Part shown: positions 47,672 to 56,588 of the stretch, piece after piece
Layout: each line of letters starts with the position of its first letter
How positions within the stretch are numbered: position 1 is the first letter of the stretch
Source: Acidobacteriota bacterium
GTDB lineage: Bacteria; Acidobacteriota; UBA6911; RPQK01; JAJDTT01
Length of the DNA stretch: 64,000 nt
Assembly: GCA_965263035.1 (NCBI GenBank)
Contig: OZ253580.1
Location: 2,112,001 to 2,176,000 of the forward strand
Direction of reading: 5' to 3'
Made by a program: the position numbers and the translations under genes
Notes under the pieces: generated by a model
Database searches by the model: none
What the model was told of the DNA's origin: nothing
What the model saw: the letters and a program-made list of their open reading frames with translations, nothing else

Positions 47672-48775
47672 TCAGATTCGCTCCAGATGGGGGTCGACCT
47701 CAATCGCGGGTTTGGAGAGGATTCGAGAAAAGATCAGGGCCATAACCAGCACCAGCGCGACTCCGAACACCGCAAAATAAATGAACCGGCTGTTCAGATT
47801 CCGGAAGGGGGAGAACACCTCGTCGTACGGCTGTTGGACGACAAGGATCCAGTTCAATTCCGGCATTTGGTCCTTGAGGCGCGACCGCGGCAGTCCCAGA
47901 AAGACACGGCGCTCCTCCGCCGGCAGAGCCAGGACCTCGGTCGCGTCGGCGTAGCGCGGGCCCGGCTCGTCCAGGGAGACCGTTTCAGAGAACCGGTAGC
48001 GCACCGTCCTCTCCGGACCCAAAATCCCCTTGCCGTCCGAGGTGATGAGGACGGCCTCGGAGGTCGGTCCCAACCGGGTCGCCGCCACCAGAGCGGAGAT
48101 CGCATGGCTGTCCACGATGGCCTTGATCACCCCGATGACCTGGTTCGAGGAGGGATCTCGAACCGGATGGGCGATCTCCATGCCGTAGACGTTGGCGCTC
48201 TCATCGAACTGGATGTCTCCGTGGTATCGGTTCCCCTGGCCCTCCTGATAGGCATACTGCCACCACCGTTCGTCCGCCTGGTAGTAGTCGCTGGTCTTGT
48301 TGCTGGCGGCGACCAGACGTCCCATCCCGTCCGTGACCAGGATCTCCCGGAAATTGGCGGTGATAGTGTTGAACTGACGTACGAACTGGGAAGCCTCGTT
48401 GTTCAGGATCCGGGACTGCAAGCGGGAGTTCTCCGGGTCTCGCGTCACCCAATCCCCTTCCACCTCCTCCACTTGGCTGTCGAGATCCTTTCCTTCCAGC
48501 CGGTTCCGGTTGGAGTCGGCCGCGGCATCCACGATCTGGGACACGCGGGCCAGGTTGCTCACCTCGTTGCTGATCCGTTCCAGGTAGTTCAAGAGCTGGG
48601 TCTGAGCACTGTCGGCCGCTGAGCTGAAGTGGTCGGCGGCCACCTCCGTATAGGTCGTGCGAGCCCCGTTGATGAGGACCAAGTGTCCTATCAACAGAGG
48701 AGGAATCCCCAAGAGCAGGAAGAGAATCAGAATTCTAGGCCGGATACGTACTTCGGGTTTCGACTGCGCCACCAT
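47672..48775 (-). CDS. Two-TM membrane protein with periplasmic dCache-like sensor and no cytoplasmic output domain
   Basis: TM1 (LFLLLGIPPLL); EILVTD..G.LVA...TSDYYQADE.WW; IAHPVRD...VIGVIKA; TM2 then a 14-aa tail. Confidence 0.75.
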   Translation of the reverse strand: MVAQSKPEVRIRPRILILFLLLGIPPLLIGHLVLINGARTTYTEVAADHFSSAADSAQTQLLNYLERISNEVSNLARVSQIVDAAADSNRNRLEGKDLDSQVEEVEGDWVTRDPENSRLQSRILNNEASQFVRQFNTITANFREILVTDGMGRLVAASNKTSDYYQADERWWQYAYQEGQGNRYHGDIQFDESANVYGMEIAHPVRDPSSNQVIGVIKAIVDSHAISALVAATRLGPTSEAVLITSDGKGILGPERTVRYRFSETVSLDEPGPRYADATEVLALPAEERRVFLGLPRSRLKDQMPELNWILVVQQPYDEVFSPFRNLNSRFIYFAVFGVALVLVMALIFSRILSKPAIEVDPHLERI

Positions 48776-49014
48776 AGGGACCCCCTCCGGTTTCGGTACG
48801 ACGCGGCGGGTTTTTCACCGCAGACTGTTGGGGTGCATGTTACTCGTCGGAGTGGACCGGATCAAACTCGCGCAGCCGTCTGACCCTTTGATTCTACCAT
48901 TACCTGTAGAGTCCGACGACGCCAAACGGCGCGCCCGATCTCCCACCGGCTCTCCGTCGCCGGGACCCCCCCGGCGACAAACCGAATAACGGCACGGTTA
49001 TGAAGGAGAGCACC

Positions 49015-49817
49015 ATGAGCAACACGGCTCGATTCGTGATCGGAATCATCTTGCTGATCTTGTCCGCTCCGGACCCACGCGCGGCCCCGGACGGCAAGGC
49101 TGCCGTGGCAGGAACGGTAATCGACTCCTCCGGCCGGGCTCACCACTACTCCAACACCAGGCAATCCAACCAGCTCAGCCGCCTGAATCTGAGCAAGCCC
49201 GGAAGCTGGGAAACCATCGCCCAAGGTCCCCGGCTGCAAGGACTGGCCATGGTGGCCCACGGCGGCAAGCTGTACCGCGCCGGCGGATTCACGGCCCACA
49301 ACGAAGAGGGTGATGGGCATGACTTGCGCTCCATCGCAGAATTCGTCCGCTTCGACCCGGATACGGGACAATGGGAATCCCTACCCGATCTACCGGAGCC
49401 CCGCTCGTCCCACGACGCCGTCGTGATCCACGGCAAGCTCTACGTCATGGGGGAATGCAGCCCAGGGGCGGCCCGACGACACGAGTCGATGTCTTTGATC
49501 CGGCCTGCGGCCAGTGGTCGCAGGGGCCCAGCAAAATCGAGACCCGCGCCGACGCCGACCGGGGCAAGGGGATGGAGGGATTCGGTTCCTCTGCCTATAC
49601 CTTGGGAGGATGTCTCATCGTCAGCACCTACGACGGCGACGTCCGGGTTCTGGAGCCCGGCGCCGGCGAGTGGAAGATCGCGGCCCGGCTCAAGGCCGAC
49701 AGGTTCTTTCACCGCATGCTGCCGTTCGAAAGCCGGCTACTGCTCGATGGTGGCACGAGTATGCGGAGTGGCAAACGCCTTCACTTCGAGACGGTCGAAT
49801 TATCCAGACTCAGATAA
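49015..49817 (+). pseudogene. Frameshifted, probably chimeric Kelch-repeat gene
   Basis: Kelch repeats (GKLYRAGG, FDP.TG.W, PRSSH..V..GKLYV.G) continue in another frame (GGMQ..GGPT..VDVFDP) after the G5 run at 49449-49453. Confidence 0.75.
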
Positions 49818-49871
49818 CCCACTACCGTCGGGTGAGAAGTGCCCCCTCCCAGCAAGAACGACCGATCCCGT

Positions 49872-51404
49872 TTACCGGAAGCGAAGGGAGTAGAGGTCAG
49901 CGTCTCTCATGGAGATCCTGAGGCGAACGGTGCGGCCCGCAAGTCCCTCGACGCTGGAGCCGGCCCGCCACGTCACCTCCCGCTGGATTTCGTCTCCGTA
50001 GATCTCCGGGCAATCCTCAAGGGCATAGCCTGCGATCGGAGTGCCCGACTTATTCTGGATCTCCACGCGGATGCTTCCCGCTGCCGAGGTCGAGTAGTTG
50101 AGAACCAGCCTCGACCCGGAGAACTTCAAGAGCCGGGTCCGGACGACGCCTCCCCGGTAGGGGGCGCGAAGGGAGACGAAGCCATCCTCGCGCAACACCG
50201 CCCGGCGGATCCGAACCTGGTCCGTCTTGGCCTGCTCGGCGTAGTACAGGGACATCTCGCCGGCAGCCGTGGGCACCAGCGCCGGCCCTGCCTGGATGGC
50301 CCGTTCATGCCAGTTCAAAGGGTTCGGCCCGGGGCGGAGGAACGCCTCCATGAAGCGCCGGTCGAAGTTCAGGCCGTCCCGGCTGAACATGAAGACCACG
50401 TCCGACTGACCGGGTAACGGCCAGTCGGCGTGAAACTTCCGGGTGGGGAGAAAACGTTTCGGGAACATGAGGATCAGGTCGGGTCGCCGATAGTAGGGCA
50501 GGGCCGAGTTCTTGTAGAGGTGCTCCAAGGGCGTCTCGCCGAGACCGATGTATTCGGGCTCGGACCAGTTCCGGAAGTCCTTGGAGGTGAAGCGGCGGAT
50601 GTCCCGGATCCGGCTGACCTTCTCGACCACTCCCGAAGGACGCCTCATCAGGAGATGGTGGGGTCCCTTGCCCACCGTCTTTCCGTCCAGGGGCTTGCTG
50701 CCCCGGCGGTACCAACCCCGGGCGTAGATGGCGTAGTGCCCCCGCGCTCCGTCCCAGAGGATGATGTTGTGCGAGTCGAAGGCTCCGTCTCCCAGTGGCG
50801 GAACGACAATGGGTTCCTTCTGGACCATGCGCCAGCGCAGGCCGTCGGGGGAGACCAGACCGTACAGCAGGGCGATGTCCCGGCCCGAGGGCAGGGTGGT
50901 TCCCTGGTTGGTGATGGCCTTGTAGCGTTCCTGCGGGTCTGCTTCGGGATTCCCGTCCTTGACCACGGAGACGGACCGGCCCTTGCCCCCAGGCACCGGC
51001 CAAACCAGGTTGTTCTCCTTCGACCCGTCGTGCTGGATGAGGCCCAATTTCGGCTTCACCCAATGGACCCCGTCCAGGCTCTCGGCGTAGGCGGTGTAGA
51101 TGGGTTTCTCCACGGCCCGGGCCCGATACCACATCCGGTATCGGTATCCGTCCTGGATGACCACCGGGTTGTAGATGGCGTGGTCCTCCCAGGGACGGTC
51201 CCGCCGCAGGACGATCTCCCGCGGCTCCGGACGGTGCAGGACGTGACGCACGTTGTCCAGGCTCTCGATCAGCCAGTCGTCCCAGAGCGGCTGGAGTTGG
51301 CTTCCTACGTCCCGCACCTCGGAGGGAGCCGAGATGCCCATCGAAAACAGCCCGCAGAAGAGCAGACCGGCCGCCACCCAGCCTCTGCCTGGAGGTGAGG
51401 TCAT
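49872..51404 (-). CDS. Secreted glycoside-hydrolase-like beta-propeller protein (paralogue 5)
   Basis: DDWLIE, DRPWE, YRMWY, YAESLDGVHW, FDSHN, EHLY.N, FPKRF and LREDGFVS. Confidence 0.8.
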   Translation of the reverse strand: MTSPPGRGWVAAGLLFCGLFSMGISAPSEVRDVGSQLQPLWDDWLIESLDNVRHVLHRPEPREIVLRRDRPWEDHAIYNPVVIQDGYRYRMWYRARAVEKPIYTAYAESLDGVHWVKPKLGLIQHDGSKENNLVWPVPGGKGRSVSVVKDGNPEADPQERYKAITNQGTTLPSGRDIALLYGLVSPDGLRWRMVQKEPIVVPPLGDGAFDSHNIILWDGARGHYAIYARGWYRRGSKPLDGKTVGKGPHHLLMRRPSGVVEKVSRIRDIRRFTSKDFRNWSEPEYIGLGETPLEHLYKNSALPYYRRPDLILMFPKRFLPTRKFHADWPLPGQSDVVFMFSRDGLNFDRRFMEAFLRPGPNPLNWHERAIQAGPALVPTAAGEMSLYYAEQAKTDQVRIRRAVLREDGFVSLRAPYRGGVVRTRLLKFSGSRLVLNYSTSAAGSIRVEIQNKSGTPIAGYALEDCPEIYGDEIQREVTWRAGSSVEGLAGRTVRLRISMRDADLYSLRFR

Positions 51405-53125
51405 GTCCGGAAGTCCTCGGGTGAGAAGTAGACTCCGTAGAGATGGGACTTTGTTCGGGGATCGCCCCGATTGCTGTAATCCACCATGAACACGCGTCCG
51501 TCCTCCAGTTCCACCCAGGAGGAGTAGCCGTTGTCGGGCCGGTGGGTGGCGGACGGTGTATTGGCATGGAGTTCCAGCATGTGGTCCAGTTGGTACTGGT
51601 CGGGATACTCGCCGCTACGGGCATCCCACTCCCATTGGTGATGCGGCTCGGTCTCGTTGCTGACCTGGTAGGCGGCACGGCTCCACCAGCTCTTTCCCTT
51701 TCCGTTCTCCGCCCGCCCGAACCAGGTCTCCAGCAGCGGAAAGTCGTTGTACAGAGCCCGGCTCATGACCACCTTGCCGTCGACCTGGACAGTGAACAGT
51801 CCCTTCCAGGCGTTGAGCCGGATGAGTCTGGGCTTCGTCATGTCCACCTTGTGGATCAGGTCGATGCGGCCGCCGCTGGCCCGGTTGGGACCCAGGTCCC
51901 GTTTGGGTGCGTAGAGCCGAAGGGCGTTGCTGCAGACGTCCAATCGCCGTTCCAGGCGGCCGATCTCCAATGAGGCGATGGGCTGGTCGGGAGGACCCTC
52001 GACTCGAAGCCCCGACTCAAGGAAGAGGTCGCTACGGAAGTTCTCGGGGGGCAGGAGAACATACTGGGTCACGGCGCCGGGGATGTCCTCGATGCACAGC
52101 TCTCCGGACTCGAGCTTCACCCGGTCGTGGTAGTGGACCCCTCCCGGCTTGAAACCGGGGTTGCGCCGCAGGTCTCCGATCCAGGCGTGGGTGCCCCGAT
52201 TCCCCGACCGGTTCCGATAGGTGACCAGGACCCGCCCGTCGGGAAGTTCCTTGGCGTAGGGACGGTCTCCCGCGAAGGGCATGGGTTCGGGCCGGCTCCA
52301 GTTCCGGCCCCCGTCGTGGGAGAAGCAGAGGTACGAGGGGTATCCGTGATGGTTGCTCTCCCGCAGCACGCAGGCGAGGGAGCCGTCCGCAAGGACCACG
52401 ATGGCGGCTTCCGAATGATGGTGGACCGCGTCGGCGGCTACCATGCTCCGGTCCTTCCAGGTCATCCCACCGTCGGTGGAGCGCATGACGAACACGCCGA
52501 TCTTGCGCGTGGCCTTGAAGAAGATCTGGGAGGCCATCAGCAGGGTCCCGTCATTCAGCTCCACGATCCGGTCCGGCTCGAAACCCGGGACCCCAGTCAG
52601 GTGGGGTTCGCTCCAGCTCCGGCCCTCGTCCGAGCTGAACCAGCTCCAGATCCCGGGAGGCTGATCCTCATGGATGTGGCTGAAGTCGTTCTGGTCGCAG
52701 ATGATGACCAGCCGCCCGTCGCTGAAGCGGCTGATCCGGGGGGTCACCCAGCGCTCCTCCCCTTGTCGCGGGTCCGCCTCCGAGACCACCCGCGGGTTTC
52801 CCCAGGTCTTCCCGCCGTCATGGCTCTCCAGGGTCGTGAGCCGGGTCGTCTCCTGCGGCCAGTGGGCGTCGCAGTCGTTGTAGACCAGCATCAACTTCCC
52901 GCCGGGGAACCGGATCAGGTCGGGGTTCTTGGTGAAGCGCCCTTCGGGCCTCCAGACCATGACCTGGCGGTCGGCCACGGCGTCCAGTGAGCGCATTCGG
53001 CTGCGCCGGCCGGCGGACGCGGCGGACAACGTGGTGCCGGGAAATACCGGGGAAACGGAGGCGAAGGCTCCGGCTCCCAGAGACCGGTTCAGAAAACGGC
53101 GTCGATTCAAGACCATTCTTTTCAT
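51401..53125 (-). CDS. BNR/Asp-box sialidase-like protein with Tat signal
   Basis: NRRRFL; Asp boxes SHDGGKTW, SSDEGRSW, STDGGMTW and SHDGGRNW; C-terminal DNGYSS. Confidence 0.82.
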   Translation of the reverse strand: MKRMVLNRRRFLNRSLGAGAFASVSPVFPGTTLSAASAGRRSRMRSLDAVADRQVMVWRPEGRFTKNPDLIRFPGGKLMLVYNDCDAHWPQETTRLTTLESHDGGKTWGNPRVVSEADPRQGEERWVTPRISRFSDGRLVIICDQNDFSHIHEDQPPGIWSWFSSDEGRSWSEPHLTGVPGFEPDRIVELNDGTLLMASQIFFKATRKIGVFVMRSTDGGMTWKDRSMVAADAVHHHSEAAIVVLADGSLACVLRESNHHGYPSYLCFSHDGGRNWSRPEPMPFAGDRPYAKELPDGRVLVTYRNRSGNRGTHAWIGDLRRNPGFKPGGVHYHDRVKLESGELCIEDIPGAVTQYVLLPPENFRSDLFLESGLRVEGPPDQPIASLEIGRLERRLDVCSNALRLYAPKRDLGPNRASGGRIDLIHKVDMTKPRLIRLNAWKGLFTVQVDGKVVMSRALYNDFPLLETWFGRAENGKGKSWWSRAAYQVSNETEPHHQWEWDARSGEYPDQYQLDHMLELHANTPSATHRPDNGYSSWVELEDGRVFMVDYSNRGDPRTKSHLYGVYFSPEDFRT

Positions 53126-53153
53126 TTCGAACCTCCAACGGGCAATGAGGAAT

Positions 53154-53178
53154 GGGGGACAAGACTGTCCACCCTCCC
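53154..53178 (+). repeat. REP-like hairpin GGGGGACAAGACTGTCCACCCTCCC
   Basis: Same family as the two copies at 58306-58364. Confidence 0.6.
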
Positions 53179-53187
53179 GGGTCGTTG

Positions 53188-54813
53188 CTACTCGAACCAG
53201 AACGAATAGAGGTGCGCCTTACGCAATTGAAACTGGAGGCGGATACTCTTCCCCTTGAGCGGTTCCAGATCCTTCATCTCACTCCAATCCATGACCTGGC
53301 CCGTGGAATCGCCGGTGAAGCTCCGGGACCGGTCGTAGTCCCACTCCGGCATCCATTCGCCGTCCAGCTCACCGTCTCCGCGCCGGACGGCGATCCGGAT
53401 GGAGCCTTCGGCGGACGTCTTGCCGTTGATGTGCAACCGTCCGCCCGGGTAATTGAGAGGACGGGTCAGGAGAAACCCCTCCTGGGGCGCCTCGATGGAG
53501 ACGAAGCCGTCCTTGCGCAGGGTGGCCAGGCAGATGTGCGAGTTTCCCGGCATGCGAACGTGGAGCTGCTCGCGCCCCACGTAGTAGAAATCGATTCGAT
53601 CGTCCCGCTCGATCAGGCCCACCGGCGGAAAGACCATCCCCCAGTCATAGGTGCCGGCGGGTCCCGTCTCCAGGAAGAGAGGACGGGCCGGATGCCGGTC
53701 CCAGTGGATGCCGTCCCGGCTCCAGGCCAACTGGATGTCGATCTGCATGTGCTTCGCCGGCTTGGACTCCAGATCGAACGGCTGCTTGTAGTAGAAATTC
53801 TCCAGAAATCCCAGGTAGATCCCTTCGTAGCGGGCCACCGTCATTCCATAGAACGAGAATGGGTCCAGCTCGTCGGGCCGGACGATCACGGTGGGTTGGG
53901 TCCAGTGGACCAGATCGGAACTCTCCGAATAGGCGATCCTCCGGATCCGGCTGGCGTTGATGGGCGGCCTCCGGTAGAGCATGAAGACCTTCCGCTCCGG
54001 GTTGTAGAGAATCTGGTTCTCGCAGTCGCTCTGGCCCCGGAAAATGGGATTCTCCTCCTGATCTTGGAAGTGAATGCCATCTTCGCTCAGGGCGATCCGG
54101 ACCTCCATGCCTCCCCCGGGCATCTCGAGCGTTGCCGGATCCCGGCCCAGTTCCCCGCTGTGGTAGGCCAGCAGGTAGCGACCCTTGTGGCGCCAGTGTC
54201 CGGGCAACTCGGTCACCGCTATTGAGGCGCTCCGTCCCGGCTTGGCGAGGAAGACGTTGGGTGCCGAGAGACCTTCGATCCGGTGCAGCTTCAGGTCGGG
54301 CGCCGTCCAGTTCAGTCCGTCCCGCGATTCGAAGTAGAGCCCGAAGTGTTGGCCGGCGGTCCGGTAAATCCGATAGCCGTTGGCCCACATGCGGTACAGA
54401 CCCCGCTCCCGGTCGTGGACGACGCTGGGGGTGCTCACCACGTGGGTCTCCGCGTGGTCCGGAGAGGCGCCGCCGGTGATGAGCGGATTCTTCGGGTGTC
54501 GCCGGGGCCGATGAACCACTCTCCGGCAGCCGGCCAGGTCCTCCACCACGTAATCGTCCATAAGCAACTGGCGCCGGTTCCCGATCTCGAGAGGCGGAGT
54601 CGGCAACACCGCCCATGATCCCTCGATGGAGGTCCCCTTCACGTACTTGGAACCGGACAGCTTGTCGCCCGTGACGATGTGCCCCGTCCCGTCGAAGCGT
54701 CCCGGCGGTTCCTTGATGCGAGTCTCGGCCTGACCGAGGGCCGATCCAACGCCGGCGCCGAGCCAGAACAGCGTCCCCACCAGCAGGAGCGGATTTCGTC
54801 GAAGCGATCGCAT
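53188..54813 (-). CDS. Secreted glycoside-hydrolase-like beta-propeller protein (paralogue 6)
   Basis: QLLMDD, HPKNP, YRMW, ESRDGLNW, SRDGIHW, LRKDGFVS and IRLQFQL..AHLYSF. Confidence 0.8.
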   Translation of the reverse strand: MRSLRRNPLLLVGTLFWLGAGVGSALGQAETRIKEPPGRFDGTGHIVTGDKLSGSKYVKGTSIEGSWAVLPTPPLEIGNRRQLLMDDYVVEDLAGCRRVVHRPRRHPKNPLITGGASPDHAETHVVSTPSVVHDRERGLYRMWANGYRIYRTAGQHFGLYFESRDGLNWTAPDLKLHRIEGLSAPNVFLAKPGRSASIAVTELPGHWRHKGRYLLAYHSGELGRDPATLEMPGGGMEVRIALSEDGIHFQDQEENPIFRGQSDCENQILYNPERKVFMLYRRPPINASRIRRIAYSESSDLVHWTQPTVIVRPDELDPFSFYGMTVARYEGIYLGFLENFYYKQPFDLESKPAKHMQIDIQLAWSRDGIHWDRHPARPLFLETGPAGTYDWGMVFPPVGLIERDDRIDFYYVGREQLHVRMPGNSHICLATLRKDGFVSIEAPQEGFLLTRPLNYPGGRLHINGKTSAEGSIRIAVRRGDGELDGEWMPEWDYDRSRSFTGDSTGQVMDWSEMKDLEPLKGKSIRLQFQLRKAHLYSFWFE

Positions 54814-54823
54814 GATTCCCTCC

Positions 54824-56563
54824 TTACCGATCCGGGTACTCCACGGTCACGAAGATCTGGTGCACGATTACGGGGCGCCTTTCCTCCGGTCCCTCTTTCC
54901 CTTCCGAACCCGTTTCCCGCACCAGCCGGCCCTCGGCGAACTCGTCCACCAGGGTCCCCTCATTCCGTTTCCAACCCAGCCAGTCCTTCCTCTTGACGCC
55001 GGGAGGAGCGACGATTCCGGGGAACGGACCTCCCGCCGGGACGTTCGACAGGATGCCCAGCTCGTTGGCGCCGCTACGCATGATCCCGGCGGGCACGTCC
55101 ACGTGATACCAGGGCTCCTCCCGGACCGGTGTGGGAAGCAAGGTGTGGTTCAACCGCACCCAGAGATGGGTGTCTTCCCGGCTTTCGGCGGTCCAGAGGC
55201 TGAAGCGAAAGCGAGCGTTCTCATCATCCGCGTCCGGCCCCATCTGCAGCGGCAGCTTGGTCTCCACCCGATCCAGGACCACGGGCAGCAGGGCCGACTC
55301 GGATCCCTGGATGATGGGTCCTCCGGTGTGTGCCGTGGAGTGAATGCCGTAGACCTTGTTCTTGCCCGCCAGGGTCTCCCCCTCCCCCAGTTCGCTGAGG
55401 GCCGAGATGAACTCCTCCCGGCTCAACTCCTGGGTCGGCTCGTTGGCGTAGTTGAACAAGTAGATCCCGGCCGCGCCCTCCTGGTGATAGTAGGCGGCGC
55501 TGGCCCGCATGCCTTCCCGAAACACGGGCCGTCCGTAGAGCCCCTCCCAGGCCCCGGCCCGATAGGAGTTGCCGTTGAGGGTGGCGTAGACGGGAACTCC
55601 GTGGGCCCGCCCCAGGCTCACGAACTGGTCCAGGCGTAGCCGGCTGGGGAGATGGCCCATGCCCACGAGCAGCACGTCCACCAGCCCCTCCCGGACCCAC
55701 CGCTCGACCTCCATGCCCAACTCCAGCGACCGTTCCAGGGAGTCCACGACATGGACGGCGAGGGTATAGGGCCGGCCCCGCCGCTGACCCACGGCATCCA
55801 GACGCTGCCGGGCCTCGCGAACCAGCTCGGTCAACAGGTGCGCGTTCTGCCGCTCCTGCCCCAGGGGGAAGCTGATGCCCATGCGGTTGAAGTCCAGCTC
55901 GTAGCCGTCGAAGTCGTGGGCGGCGGCGGTCCGCTCGATGAAGTCCAGGCGGTGCTGCCGCACCTCCGGATGGACGAAGTTCAGTCCCGTCCACAGCATA
56001 TGCTCGGTCAGTTCGGCGGGCAGGTCCCGACTGCTCTCGGGGGCCAGCAGGAACTCAGGATGTTGGATCTTGAAGGGATCGTCCAAGTCGTGCATGGACA
56101 CGGACCGCCAAGCAGCGTGGAGATCGTTCATCCGCAACGAGGCCCACACTTCCATTCCCCGGGCGTGGCAGGCCTCGATGACCAGGTCCCGCACCTCCTC
56201 GTAGGAACTGAAGCAGGGCCAGAGCATCTCCGTCGAGATGTTGTAGGGAGGGTCCGCGCCGTTGCCGATGTGGAACACGTAGGTGTCCACCTGGGTGTCG
56301 AAGGTCATGTTGGTGCGGGCGTCGAGGAAGGCCTGGTGGTCGGTGATGTCGGCGATCAGCTTCATGTAGGGGATCTTCCGGCCCTGGTCGATGTAGCCCC
56401 ACGACTGCTGCGAGACGGCATCGTAGTAGAGGATGCGCCGTTGCCGGTCTTTGGGAAAGACGGTCTTCCGGACGCCGTTCTCATCTCCTCCTCCCTCAGG
56501 AGAGCAGGCAACGGCCAGCAGTAGCACACTCCCTATGACCAGGGACCAGCGGTACGGTCTCAT
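54824..56563 (-). CDS. GH10-like (DUF187-type) lipoprotein
   Basis: LAVAC lipobox; ACHARGMEVWASLRMND; LNFVHPEVR; DFDGYELDF; GIYLFN. Confidence 0.7.
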   Translation of the reverse strand: MRPYRWSLVIGSVLLLAVACSPEGGGDENGVRKTVFPKDRQRRILYYDAVSQQSWGYIDQGRKIPYMKLIADITDHQAFLDARTNMTFDTQVDTYVFHIGNGADPPYNISTEMLWPCFSSYEEVRDLVIEACHARGMEVWASLRMNDLHAAWRSVSMHDLDDPFKIQHPEFLLAPESSRDLPAELTEHMLWTGLNFVHPEVRQHRLDFIERTAAAHDFDGYELDFNRMGISFPLGQERQNAHLLTELVREARQRLDAVGQRRGRPYTLAVHVVDSLERSLELGMEVERWVREGLVDVLLVGMGHLPSRLRLDQFVSLGRAHGVPVYATLNGNSYRAGAWEGLYGRPVFREGMRASAAYYHQEGAAGIYLFNYANEPTQELSREEFISALSELGEGETLAGKNKVYGIHSTAHTGGPIIQGSESALLPVVLDRVETKLPLQMGPDADDENARFRFSLWTAESREDTHLWVRLNHTLLPTPVREEPWYHVDVPAGIMRSGANELGILSNVPAGGPFPGIVAPPGVKRKDWLGWKRNEGTLVDEFAEGRLVRETGSEGKEGPEERRPVIVHQIFVTVEYPDR

Positions 56564-56588
56564 CTTTCCCTCCCAGCCCGTGCCGGCA

